From a virus: DNA of 39,579 bases. The stretch lies in the UHGV virus genome UHGV-0251828; one strand, given 5' to 3'. Positions 9,562-18,896 of this stretch are shown here, in pieces. Both the position numbers and the translations under genes were made by a program. Under the pieces are notes generated by a model. The model did not search any database, had not been told where the DNA came from, and was given only the letters and a program-made list of their open reading frames with translations. Position 1 is the first letter of the stretch, and every line of letters starts with the position of its first letter.

Positions 9562-12026
9562 CAGAATCCCCCAACAGTAAGGCGAGGAATAACGGCAAGA
9601 ACAGACAGCGGCAACGGATCAAGCTGACGGATTTTTACACGCCCGTTTTTGCCCCAGTTACTGTCCAGTTTCACTTCTACTTTTCCGGTAGCATCATCAA
9701 CAGGATCATCGTAGAACTCGAATTCACGCTGTGGATATTCGTACCATTTACCGCCGGGCGTAGTCGCCCAGATGCCGCGACTGGCATTCACAACCAGAGT
9801 AACGGAGGGGATCACCTGTTTTTTGTCCAGCAGCGTTTCCTGTCCGTTAATGTTGATATCCAGTGTTTCGAATTCAGCAGTTATTGGCAGGCCGATGTGC
9901 ACTACAGCCCCCGGAGATTCCAGCGTGACGGCACCTCCGGAAACCACTTTCTGTGGTTCCACGTTCGCATCAGAGAGAATGTTTACGGTCTGGCCTTCAA
10001 GATGAGACAGGCCTCCAAATGTCCGGCGCGCCATCTGCCAGTTCGTGGTGGCCACATTCCTGAGGGATGGCGGGACGTTCCTGTTAGCACGAACCACTAC
10101 AGCGGTATTACTGGTTACAGAAATAATGTCGCAACGTAATTCTTTTGACACCTCATCGCCAGTATCAGGTCCGGTATAAGGGAACTGTAGTTGCGCGCCG
10201 ACATCACTACTGGTGAAGTACGCACCACCAGAAACACTGATTGTATATTCCGCGCGGTAATCCCATTCGCCAGAACCACCAGTGATGATCATCGTTCTGT
10301 CAGACGTATTTCTTCCATCATAGCTAAGGCCAGAATCAACAAAGAAAGCATCTTCATCGCTGGTAAATAAACGGCTGGACAGTCGCTCGATGTATCTCAC
10401 TGTTTGCCCGTTAACGGTTCGGTTAACGACGAAATACACCGCATCTTCATTGCCTTCGCTGATACTGCATGTGCTTTCATATTTTCCGGTACTGGATTGT
10501 GGTGCCCATGCAAAAACCTGCTGATCACGCAAATAGGTCATCACCAGTAATTTACCGTCATCACGAATGCAGAAGGCACTGGAGTAAGGGACAATCGAGA
10601 AGCACCAGTCAACAATGCTGTGCTTCTGAAAAAGATGATTGGCAAGGATGGTCAGGTCGTTCCCCTGATAGCCGTCAACATCGAATGAGTAGGCCAGATC
10701 ACGGACAACGCTGCCTTTCTCCTGGACGAACAGAGCAATATTCGCCACGGCAATTGGCGGGACGTTGCTTGAGCCATTTGATCCCTGAGAGCTGAATGCA
10801 AATGATGATGGGGTTAACACTTTGTTCTGGTCGCCGGTGATGACGTACTCACCTCCGGAAGTCAGCGCCACCAGAGAACCAACATCAATCAGGTGGCGGA
10901 TCTCATTAACCTGACGTCCGGCATAGGTGTAGATAATTCTGTCGTCATCCTGCGTAGGATTGCTTTTGCCAAAATCCTTATAATCCCCGGTACGGCTGGC
11001 CCAGATAGTCTGAGGAAACGCAGTCGATGCGGCGAAGTAAAGACGTTGTTGATAATAAACAACAGTGCCAGGATAACCATTAACACTGTTCCAGGCATAT
11101 TTAGCCCATTTATAGCTGGCATTATCCTCGCCAACGACCTGCGAAGGGATATAGGAAATCACCTCGGCAGTTGCAGTAGTTCCATTTGCAGCAGTGATAC
11201 GGGCAATGCCAAAACCACTGTGCAGATATTCCCACTCAATGCCAGTATCATCATCACCGGATCCGCCCCAGCCATCCCATGATGTGCCTTCTGTATGCGA
11301 AGGGCGCAAAGTACCTGTTTTGCCTGCTGTAACGGCGCGATAGTAGTTACTGTCTGCACGGCGAATATCGCCAATCGACGTACTCTTACTGGTTTCCCAT
11401 ACCGGCACAGAATCCACTGCAGGCTGTTCCAGATAGAACAATTTGCCTACCTGCTCCGCGCCAAAAATAGAGGCGCTTGCCGTTAACGTAATTGTCCCGG
11501 TGCTGGCGCTGGCATAAACCGTCACTGACTCGTCAATATTGATATCTTCAAATGGCCCGTTCTTCGTTACCACATCAACCAGTTGCCAGTTGTCATGAGC
11601 ATATCGGCGCAACTCTTTCGGCGGGTATGCCGGGTGAACCAGCGTAAGCACGTCGGCGCTTTGCGTGAATTTAATTCGGAACAGATCGGCTTCAGTATAT
11701 GGCGTGGCAATTTCATAAATAACATTGCTGCTGTTCAGCACCAACGCACCATCTTTGATAACGCGCATGTACTGGTGTCCGAACTCCAGAGCATAGGTCT
11801 GAACCGTCGAGAACTGGAACGGGATCAGGCGGCATTTCCGATTTGGGTATTTGGCGGCACCGACAAAACGCGTACCAGGTCGATTCTCAACGCCGCCATA
11901 CTGCCGCACGATAAAGTTATCGCACTTGCGCAATGCCACCTGGTACTTCGCCATGTCAATACGCCCGTACAACGACGGTCCAATCTCACCACCGGCAAAG
12001 CTGGGCTGGATCCAACTGATAGCCAT
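9561..12026 (-). CDS. tail tubular protein B-like (821 aa)
   Basis: Track ORF; size and position after tubular A-like gene. Confidence 0.7.
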   Translation of the reverse strand: MAISWIQPSFAGGEIGPSLYGRIDMAKYQVALRKCDNFIVRQYGGVENRPGTRFVGAAKYPNRKCRLIPFQFSTVQTYALEFGHQYMRVIKDGALVLNSSNVIYEIATPYTEADLFRIKFTQSADVLTLVHPAYPPKELRRYAHDNWQLVDVVTKNGPFEDINIDESVTVYASASTGTITLTASASIFGAEQVGKLFYLEQPAVDSVPVWETSKSTSIGDIRRADSNYYRAVTAGKTGTLRPSHTEGTSWDGWGGSGDDDTGIEWEYLHSGFGIARITAANGTTATAEVISYIPSQVVGEDNASYKWAKYAWNSVNGYPGTVVYYQQRLYFAASTAFPQTIWASRTGDYKDFGKSNPTQDDDRIIYTYAGRQVNEIRHLIDVGSLVALTSGGEYVITGDQNKVLTPSSFAFSSQGSNGSSNVPPIAVANIALFVQEKGSVVRDLAYSFDVDGYQGNDLTILANHLFQKHSIVDWCFSIVPYSSAFCIRDDGKLLVMTYLRDQQVFAWAPQSSTGKYESTCSISEGNEDAVYFVVNRTVNGQTVRYIERLSSRLFTSDEDAFFVDSGLSYDGRNTSDRTMIITGGSGEWDYRAEYTISVSGGAYFTSSDVGAQLQFPYTGPDTGDEVSKELRCDIISVTSNTAVVVRANRNVPPSLRNVATTNWQMARRTFGGLSHLEGQTVNILSDANVEPQKVVSGGAVTLESPGAVVHIGLPITAEFETLDININGQETLLDKKQVIPSVTLVVNASRGIWATTPGGKWYEYPQREFEFYDDPVDDATGKVEVKLDSNWGKNGRVKIRQLDPLPLSVLAVIPRLTVGGF

Positions 12027-12631
12027 CAGGACAACCTCGCAATGGTAAACTCATCAACCGGTGGCTGTGGTTCCTGTGATTCATTCTGGCTATGCGAGCC
12101 AGCACTAAGAATCACGCGATTGTACATATTGAGGGCAAACGTACCGAGGTCTGCATTCCCAGTCAGCGCCATGTTAATAGCTGCCGCAAGACGCCAGGCC
12201 AACGCCTCCATAAAAATGGCATCAAACATGTTCACATCTGTAACGCGAGAGACATACTTGAGCCATGCCTGAGGCTGGTCTGTGTAGATCAACTTTCCTG
12301 TTCCGTTGGTGTCTGCACCAACTTCGCACTGAACGCGCATTGCTGCTGTTGGATTGCGTACACCAGGAAGCATAATTTCAGTAATGCGCAGACAATCTGA
12401 CGGGTACTGGTACGCATATTCCCAGTCAGGCGGTGGATTGCTCGTATCTGCAAGCGCCACGCGTTTGGTAGCAAAGTTCCAGTCAAAATCAGAAAGCACA
12501 GCATCACGGCAGGCCTCAAAGTGCAGCGAACATTCCCCCGCTTCCTTGCTGGCTTCCGTCAGGCTGTTAATGCTGCGGCTGTTGCCAATATTGGACAGCG
12601 CACGATTACAGATCTCTACTACAGAGGCCAT
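12026..12631 (-). CDS. tail tubular protein A-like (~201 aa)
   Basis: ATG at 12631 with GGAGG SD (track ORF starts at GTG 12634). Confidence 0.6.
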   Translation of the reverse strand: MASVVEICNRALSNIGNSRSINSLTEASKEAGECSLHFEACRDAVLSDFDWNFATKRVALADTSNPPPDWEYAYQYPSDCLRITEIMLPGVRNPTAAMRVQCEVGADTNGTGKLIYTDQPQAWLKYVSRVTDVNMFDAIFMEALAWRLAAAINMALTGNADLGTFALNMYNRVILSAGSHSQNESQEPQPPVDEFTIARLS

Positions 12632-12954
12632 CACTCACCTCCGTTACCGTACAGAGTTTCAGCCGCTGATTTTTCTACATCCCCGGAAACAGGAGCGATC
12701 GCCATATCAGTGATCTGCAGATCGGCGCTGCGATTAACACCATCGTCAGTTTCTCTGGCAGACAGGCCTCGAATAACAGCCTTTGCAGTTATCATCACTT
12801 CTGTTCCGACGCCCTGAGGTTGCGCCTTCAGCTTATTCAATGTGTCGTTATTAAGAGTGATGCACAGCCCCCACGGGTATTCATCGCGAGTTCTGGTTTC
12901 TCCGCTCTCATCCTGGTAGCTGTCAGTGCCGGTTTTGAGGTTTACGAGTTCCAT
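12631..12954 (-). CDS. hypothetical virion protein (~107 aa)
   Basis: ATG at 12954 with AGGAG SD (track ORF 12631..12960). Confidence 0.5.
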   Translation of the reverse strand: MELVNLKTGTDSYQDESGETRTRDEYPWGLCITLNNDTLNKLKAQPQGVGTEVMITAKAVIRGLSARETDDGVNRSADLQITDMAIAPVSGDVEKSAAETLYGNGGE

Positions 12955-12965
12955 ATACACTCCTG

Positions 12966-12986
12966 CAATAAAGGGGCCGAAGCCCC
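12966..12986 (-). terminator. intra-operon hairpin (possible attenuating terminator after capsid-proximal genes)
   Basis: GGGGC-CGAA-GCCCC stem-loop with short U-tract on minus strand. Confidence 0.35.
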
Positions 12987-13004
12987 TTGTCTGATCCGCG
13001 AGGC

Positions 13005-13340
13005 TTACACGCCCAGTTCTTTACGCTTATCTGCGATCTTCTCGCGGAGCGTTTCGGCTTTGGCGTTATGGTGTGGCTTCTCGTTAAAGAGCAATTCGTA
13101 CTCTTCACGGAGCTTATCCAGTTCACCATCATCTGACACATCGTTGATGATTTTGGTGCTGGTTGCTGCCATTGACACCTTTCCTGCAACTTTTGCTTTT
13201 GCCTGTCTGGCTGTATCGTTAACAGGTTCCAGTGCGCTACCAGGCTCACCTTCGTATTCGATTTCTGCCCCCTCCGGCCACAGAGTGTTATGGATATGAG
13301 AGAGGCGCAGAACGCGGTATCTTGGTTTCTCACCTGACAT
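13005..13340 (-). CDS. hypothetical virion protein (~111 aa)
   Basis: ATG at 13340 with AAGGTG SD (track ORF 13005..13349). Confidence 0.5.
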   Translation of the reverse strand: MSGEKPRYRVLRLSHIHNTLWPEGAEIEYEGEPGSALEPVNDTARQAKAKVAGKVSMAATSTKIINDVSDDGELDKLREEYELLFNEKPHHNAKAETLREKIADKRKELGV

Positions 13341-13350
13341 CGATATCACC

Positions 13351-13788
13351 TTAACCAGTTACTTTTGAGCGGATCGGATACGGCGTATTGGCATCAACAT
13401 CAAGACTGATACCAGCAGTGAATTCGCCAGCCGTTAGTGGGCCAGTTGCGACGGAGTAGTTAACACGCAGATATCGCTGAACACCGGCAGGCACCTTTGC
13501 AGAAACAACTCGTTTACCTGCTGTCAGGGCGGTCTTTGCCAGTGCGCCACTATCATAAATAGTGGTCCATGAGCTGTTATCCTCACTCGTCTGCAACTGG
13601 ATGTTTACAGTTGCATCACCGCTTGCCGCGGCGGCTGTGTTAACCAGCGCCCAAAACTCAAGCGGGTAACCCACGCCGATATCACGACGTTTTCCGTCAA
13701 TTGGACCGAGATCGATTACGTCAGTAGAAGCCGCGGTATTCGTAACCGCCTGAGCTTCGGAGAACATCAACAGTTTGTCGGTGATCAT
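13351..13788 (-). CDS. putative capsid decoration/structural protein (145 aa)
   Basis: Track ORF; GGAGA SD; directly downstream of major capsid gene. Confidence 0.5.
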   Translation of the reverse strand: MITDKLLMFSEAQAVTNTAASTDVIDLGPIDGKRRDIGVGYPLEFWALVNTAAAASGDATVNIQLQTSEDNSSWTTIYDSGALAKTALTAGKRVVSAKVPAGVQRYLRVNYSVATGPLTAGEFTAGISLDVDANTPYPIRSKVTG

Positions 13789-13839
13789 CTTCTTTCTCCA
13801 TTAGTGGGTCTGTTACGACCCACAGGTTAATAACAGGCG

Positions 13840-14832
13840 TTACACCACGCGGGCTTCTGTTTCCAGAAGCGCATCAGTTTCACGGATTGGTACACCACGG
13901 AATGAAGTCCACCACTCGCCTTCAGTCTCTTTTACGCTGATAGCCAGAGATGTTTTCTCCAGAGATTGCAGATCAAGAGCCTGGCCTACAGTGCGGTTCA
14001 TGTAGAACACCGGGCGGCCCATGCCACGGTTTGGAATGCGATGCAGTGCTTTAACCATCAACTTCGCAATATTTGCGGCAGAGGAAGGTTCTGAAAGATT
14101 GCTGACATCGATGTTTGCAATGCGAACAACATAACGCCAGTCACGCAGAGCAAGTCCGTTATCCCATTTATAATGGGTGCGATAGCCTTCGTACTTGCCG
14201 CCATTAGCATCTTCCAGTGTCACCTGGCCTTTATCTTCCATCTGGATGCCAGCCTTCTGCCCTTTCGGGAAGATGCCATGCACGGTGTTTTCGCCCCACA
14301 CCACTAACCAGATTGAGGTGTTATCTGTACCCGTGCCACCAGCATCAATGATGTTCTGAGCATTACCCGCAGACAGGCTGGAATAGCGGGAGGACAGTCC
14401 CATAAACTGCTGAGGGTTAACGCTGGAATCACCATAAAACAGCGTCTGCGCCATCTGCTGATTCATCGCTTCAATAAATGCGCGGTCTTCAGACAGGCGG
14501 AATTCGGCGGTATTGCCGTTCAGATCAGCCAGTGACTTATCGACTTCAGCATAGGTTTCCAGCATGCCCACGGAATCGGTTACCTGCACTGTGGTTGATT
14601 TGCTTGGCTGTACGCCATAGTTCAGCAAACGCCAGGTAGCTGAAGGTAAACCAGAACGAATGGTGGTTCGGTGTCCGGTAGGAAGGTTCCCTTCGACAAA
14701 AGGCATATCCTGAAGGATCGGGTTAGTTTGACCGAGAAGCTCGATAATCTTATCGACTTTCCCGTTTGGATCGACGCGCTTACCCCAGTCAGCCAGCGTT
14801 AGCGCAGTTAAGCCTTTAACAGCCATTGTCAT
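13840..14832 (-). CDS. major capsid protein (330 aa)
   Basis: Track ORF; position after scaffold; size typical of T7/epsilon15-type capsid. Confidence 0.8.
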   Translation of the reverse strand: MTMAVKGLTALTLADWGKRVDPNGKVDKIIELLGQTNPILQDMPFVEGNLPTGHRTTIRSGLPSATWRLLNYGVQPSKSTTVQVTDSVGMLETYAEVDKSLADLNGNTAEFRLSEDRAFIEAMNQQMAQTLFYGDSSVNPQQFMGLSSRYSSLSAGNAQNIIDAGGTGTDNTSIWLVVWGENTVHGIFPKGQKAGIQMEDKGQVTLEDANGGKYEGYRTHYKWDNGLALRDWRYVVRIANIDVSNLSEPSSAANIAKLMVKALHRIPNRGMGRPVFYMNRTVGQALDLQSLEKTSLAISVKETEGEWWTSFRGVPIRETDALLETEARVV

Positions 14833-14840
14833 TTCCTCTC

Positions 14841-15536
14841 TTATTTGCCATAGAGCACTTCGGCCGCACTACGCTGGCCTTCATTACCACCGGTGACCAT
14901 GCCATCTTCAGACATCGCCTTTCCGATTTTCACGAACGTTTTGACCAGATCAGGGTGATTACCCAGCCCGGTGGTGTTCAGATATTCTTTGAGTTCAGGT
15001 GTCCCGAACTGGTCAAGCGCATGCTGTGCGGCGCTAAGGTTAGAAATCAACTTGTCGCCACCGATTTCTTTGTCAGCTTTTACATCCGCAGCCCACTGCT
15101 CGGTTGTTTTCTGCCAGGCTTCTGCCTGGCGCTGCTGAACACCTGCCAGAATCTTCGGATAAGCATCAACCAGCTTTTGCGCTTGCTCGTTGGTCAGGTT
15201 AAGTTCTCGCGCCACCGGCTCGAATTCCTTCAACGCTTCTGTATCCAGCTCTACGCCTTCGGCAGCCTGAAACTCGTACTTCTCAGGCGCACCCTCTGGT
15301 TTATCGCCGTCCTTTTTTTCATCCTGCTTATCGTTTTCAGGCTTTTTGTCATCAGCAGGTTTATCGCCATCAGCAACAGGTTGTGGCTTATCACCTTCCT
15401 GTTGTGATGGATCACCAACTGGAGCAGGGTTATCACCTGCAGGCGCTGACGGTTCTGACGCAGCCGGAGCTGCTCCACCATCGACTGGTTGCTCATTGCA
15501 AAGACGGCTATACAGCAAACGCTCAAATAAATTCAT
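14841..15536 (-). CDS. scaffolding protein
   Basis: Acidic, low-complexity, Pro/Asp/Lys-rich; ATG at 15536 with AGGAG SD. Confidence 0.7.
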   Translation of the reverse strand: MNLFERLLYSRLCNEQPVDGGAAPAASEPSAPAGDNPAPVGDPSQQEGDKPQPVADGDKPADDKKPENDKQDEKKDGDKPEGAPEKYEFQAAEGVELDTEALKEFEPVARELNLTNEQAQKLVDAYPKILAGVQQRQAEAWQKTTEQWAADVKADKEIGGDKLISNLSAAQHALDQFGTPELKEYLNTTGLGNHPDLVKTFVKIGKAMSEDGMVTGGNEGQRSAAEVLYGK

Positions 15537-15538
15537 GA

Positions 15539-15835
15539 TCACTCCTGTTCACTGGCCTCTTTGGCCATCTTCAAATACTGTTCAGGGCAATGCGCCATAA
15601 CGCGCTGAAACAGTTCCAGCGCCAGATTGCGTTGCCCCTCATTAAATGCCATTGCCATAGCGTCCATCGGTGAGATAGCGGAAAACACACGGCCTTTCTC
15701 CAGCACCGACCAGACAACGCGACGCCCCTGTTCACTGCTCATGACAAAGCGAATGTCATCAATTTCACGCTGTGCCATGTCACGTTGCTTACGGGCGTTT
15801 TCTTCTTTCAGTTGATCGTCTTCGTAATCTGTCAT
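15539..15835 (-). CDS. hypothetical protein (98 aa) between portal and scaffold
   Basis: Track ORF, coupled to portal stop. Confidence 0.5.
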   Translation of the reverse strand: MTDYEDDQLKEENARKQRDMAQREIDDIRFVMSSEQGRRVVWSVLEKGRVFSAISPMDAMAMAFNEGQRNLALELFQRVMAHCPEQYLKMAKEASEQE

Positions 15836-17511
15836 TGTGATTGCCCACCCTGACCACTAACTGCATTCGCCATAGCTGACAAAACACTCGGATCCGAAGT
15901 TTTAGCTTCGCTTAGCGTCTTGGCACCCTGTGCCGCCGCCATCCCCATCGCCATCATTTGTTGCTGCTGTTGCTGCTGTGCCCGTTGCTGGCGAGCCTGC
16001 TCAACCTGTTCCTGCGGAACAATGACGGTTGGAGACACTCCGGACATATCAGCGAATGCATCGATCGCCTGATCAACGTTGAGTTTGTCGAGAGCTTCTG
16101 GTTTCGCTTGCGCAAGTTGACCAATGAAGTTAACCGTGGACGCCAGACTGGACAGGCCGATAGACTTCTGCGCCTGAGCCATGACGGAAATGTATTCGAC
16201 CTTCAGGGGCATGCCTTCCATCGCGTCAGGCGGTGGCGGCAGCATGTTTTTACGCACCATCATCGAGAAAGCGCGGTCAATGAGAGGATTAAGACATTCG
16301 TCGTTCAGACGCTCCAGAACCGGCCCCAACATCAGAAGTTTTTCTTCTTTCATTTCGATCACCGCTTCCACAGGCATCGAGCGGGTATTGATGTTCTGCA
16401 ACATCATGAACAGATCGACAAAGTAGGCGCTGTTAATGATTTGACGAGTGTCCTGAATGTCTGCCACCAGATCTGCTGTACTGGGGTTAACCAGATAAGC
16501 AGGCCTGAAACCATCCTGACCAGTAATCTGATCGATATACGTGATGTCGCCAGGAAGAAGGGAGGCGCGCTGATTCTTGAGGGAAGTCGGAGCAACCATC
16601 GGCGGATTGGTGGCTTTATCAATCAACTGCGACTTGCGCTTCTGAAGAAGCTGCAATGCCTTAACAGGTCCAAGCGCCAGCATACCCGGGCATGATGATC
16701 CATAAACATCTTCGCCGTTAACTTCCCAGCGCGGAGCCATAATTGGAAACTCATCGAATCCGGATTCACGTAACAACTTGTCGTTGTCGCCACCAACCTC
16801 GTAATAAACCGATTTGAATGGCTTGTTCTTGCTATCCAGCTTCGATGTATCGCGGTCAATGTTCGGGTAAACCGAATGCATCACTTCAATCCACTTCTCG
16901 TAGGTGCCGCTTTCCCACATGCTTTTTACGGATTCGCTGACGTTATTTAGTCCGAATTCCTGAACAAGCTGACGAACAGTCATAGAGAACTTGCGAAAAC
17001 AGGTGTCCACACTGCCACGAGGTGAGTTAGCCAGGTAGTAACTGCCTATCGGGAATGGCATTGTGCGAATGATGTCCTCGTCATCCTCCATCACTGCCAT
17101 TGCACCAGTGCTGTATGTGCCGAGGCTTCCGTATAACTGCGGCAGCGACTGATAGAGATTCGACTTATTGAACATATCGTTCATGCGGTTCTGCACCGCC
17201 TCAAGCCACAACTTAACAGGGCCATAATCCATCATTTCAGGATCTGGCGTAGCCAGGCGAAACCACGGACGCGCGGGGCTTGTGATGCCTGACATCATGC
17301 CGCTGGCGAGAGTGCGCGCCGCCATAGTCCCGGTCGAATCAATAATGCGTGTATTGCGTCGATCGTTACGGTTGACCTCAGAAGTCAGAAAGCGGGAACC
17401 ACGCGGGTTGATGTAATCACTCAACTCGCGCCAGTGCGGCTCGAACGACTGACGCTCGCTTTCAAGTTGTGCGAACTGTTTGTTCAATCGCTCTTTAGTT
17501 GTTTCCGCCAT
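15832..17511 (-). CDS. portal (head-to-tail connector) protein
   Basis: 559-aa track ORF downstream of terL; size and position. Confidence 0.85.
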   Translation of the reverse strand: MAETTKERLNKQFAQLESERQSFEPHWRELSDYINPRGSRFLTSEVNRNDRRNTRIIDSTGTMAARTLASGMMSGITSPARPWFRLATPDPEMMDYGPVKLWLEAVQNRMNDMFNKSNLYQSLPQLYGSLGTYSTGAMAVMEDDEDIIRTMPFPIGSYYLANSPRGSVDTCFRKFSMTVRQLVQEFGLNNVSESVKSMWESGTYEKWIEVMHSVYPNIDRDTSKLDSKNKPFKSVYYEVGGDNDKLLRESGFDEFPIMAPRWEVNGEDVYGSSCPGMLALGPVKALQLLQKRKSQLIDKATNPPMVAPTSLKNQRASLLPGDITYIDQITGQDGFRPAYLVNPSTADLVADIQDTRQIINSAYFVDLFMMLQNINTRSMPVEAVIEMKEEKLLMLGPVLERLNDECLNPLIDRAFSMMVRKNMLPPPPDAMEGMPLKVEYISVMAQAQKSIGLSSLASTVNFIGQLAQAKPEALDKLNVDQAIDAFADMSGVSPTVIVPQEQVEQARQQRAQQQQQQQMMAMGMAAAQGAKTLSEAKTSDPSVLSAMANAVSGQGGQSQ

Positions 17512-17525
17512 TTCAATGACTCCGG

Positions 17526-17732
17526 TTACTGACCAAGTAGCGTTTTACCGCTGGTATTAGCGGTTGATGTGTCGCCCTGAGAACCGGTAAGCAGCGTAGA
17601 ACTACGACCAGCAGCAGCGCGACGGCGACGAGTTTCTTCGTCGCGGGCATCAACAACGGCGGCATCCTGCTCCTGTGGTGCTGCCTGAACTTCTGGTGTT
17701 GCAGGCACTGATGGTGAGCTACCCATGCACAT
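17526..17732 (-). CDS. small hypothetical protein (68 aa)
   Basis: Track ORF; GGAG SD; the 12-nt initiation context CGGAGTCATTGA is duplicated before the portal start. Confidence 0.45.
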   Translation of the reverse strand: MCMGSSPSVPATPEVQAAPQEQDAAVVDARDEETRRRRAAAGRSSTLLTGSQGDTSTANTSGKTLLGQ

Positions 17733-17822
17733 ATCAATGACTCCGTACGCAATTAAATTATTACCAATTTAACCACATATGATTTATTTATCGTAGGCAG
17801 TTGACATTTAACGAACAAATTA

Positions 17823-17837
17823 TTACCTTTTAGGTAA
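17823..17837. promoter_or_regulatory. operator-family site TTACCTTTTAGGTAA (perfect 15-bp palindrome) at a plus-strand promoter
   Basis: TTGACA at 17801-17806 upstream; transcription would run toward the tRNA. Confidence 0.55.
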
Positions 17838-18159
17838 GTAAAGAATTCATTCCGGTTATTAACCTGACTGGCTTGTCGTTAAATTGAACAGGTGGGGTGA
17901 GCTTTTATTTTGAGCAGTACGGTGTATGGCACATGCGCCGATAGCGGTCTGGATACGTTTAAGGGGCACCCTCCCTTGCTCGGGCAAACGAACCAGGTAG
18001 CCGGAATGTGCAAGTCGAGCGGTTTTATTCCGCGCACGGGAATTCACCATCCCGGCGATTCGGTGTGACGCCTCGGAAGAGACGAGGGTACAACGCTGAG
18101 AGCATTTATGGAGCCGCGACAAAGTGTGGCGACTTAACAGGCTAAGTGCTCTCAGCGTT

Positions 18160-18236
18160 GTGGCATTAGCTCAGTTGGACAGAGCAACCGCCTTCTAAGC
18201 GGTTGGTCGCAGGTTCGAATCCTGCATGCCACGCCA
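18160..18236 (+). tRNA. tRNA-Arg (anticodon TCT)
   Basis: Hand-folded cloverleaf: 7-bp acceptor GTGGCAT/ATGCCAC, D-stem GCTC/GAGC, anticodon stem ACCGC/GCGGT with loop CTTCTAA, T-stem GCAGG/CCTGC, T-loop TTCGAAT, encoded CCA. Confidence 0.9.
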
Positions 18237-18279
18237 GAATCACGCTTAAGGACCGTGATGCCAGAAGTTCCAGGTGCTT

Positions 18280-18323
18280 GGCGGTGATGGTTTCCCTTGA
18301 AGGACTATCACCGCCCTTTTTAC
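18280..18323 (+). terminator. hairpin plus T-run downstream of tRNA
   Basis: GGCGGTGAT...ATCACCGCC stem with 18-nt loop followed by CTTTTTAC. Confidence 0.4.
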
Positions 18324-18399
18324 AGCAGGACGCCATTACGATGACTTCATGCTGTAAACCAGTACAGCCACGGAAGGCATAACTCATTGCTTCCAGTTC

Positions 18400-18424
18400 G
18401 CCCGGTTCGCCGGGCATTTTTTTA
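18400..18424 (+). terminator. intrinsic terminator-like hairpin abutting the next gene's SD
   Basis: GCCCGG-TTCG-CCGGGC hairpin followed by an 8-T run. Confidence 0.55.
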
Positions 18425-18434
18425 AGGTGAGATT

Positions 18435-18806
18435 ATGAACGACCAGCAAATCGAAAAAGAAATCGTTGAGAAAGGCAAAACTGCTCCGCGCGTTACGCCA
18501 GACCATATCGAAAGCATTATTGCTCAGGAGGCATATTTCACAGCAGAGGATGGTGCCTTTGGCAAAGCCATAAAAGCGAAACATACTGGCGGATATGTAA
18601 ACTACCAGCCGCACGAATCACTTTCTATGCTGACGTTCTGCGTCCTGGTGCTGCGCAACGGCTTCACCGTCACCGGAGAGAGCGCCTGTGCAAGCCCGGA
18701 AAACTTTGATGCAGAAATTGGTCGGAAGATTGCCCGGCAGAATGCTGTAAACAAAATCTGGATGCTTGAAGGTTACTTGCTGAAGCAGAAGTTAAGCGAG
18801 CAATAA
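18435..18806 (+). CDS. accessory protein of the phage Gp49/Sf6-gp66-like family (123 aa; from memory)
   Basis: Track ORF; AAGGTGA SD 6 nt upstream; opposite strand to flanking packaging genes. Confidence 0.65.
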   Translation: MNDQQIEKEIVEKGKTAPRVTPDHIESIIAQEAYFTAEDGAFGKAIKAKHTGGYVNYQPHESLSMLTFCVLVLRNGFTVTGESACASPENFDAEIGRKIARQNAVNKIWMLEGYLLKQKLSEQ

Positions 18807-18810
18807 CACC

Positions 18811-18822
18811 GTGACATGTCAC
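18811..18822. repeat. perfect 12-bp palindrome GTGACATGTCAC, copy 2 of 3
   Basis: Exact match, 5 nt after the Gp49-like stop and 4 nt before a terminator hairpin. Confidence 0.8.
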
Positions 18823-18826
18823 AAAC

Positions 18827-18854
18827 AGCCAGCCTATGAGCTGGCTTTGTTTTA
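18827..18854 (+). terminator. intrinsic terminator of the tRNA/Gp49-like island
   Basis: AGCCAGC-CTATGA-GCTGGCT hairpin followed by TTGTTTTA. Confidence 0.65.
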
Positions 18855-18896
18855 TCCTCACCAGAGGATATCAACGACATTATCCCCACCAGCGGA

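Noticed and set aside
17859-18122. Minus-strand 87-aa ORF across the tRNA leader
   Set aside because: Lies in a GC-rich structured segment between divergent promoters; no SD; composition not protein-like.
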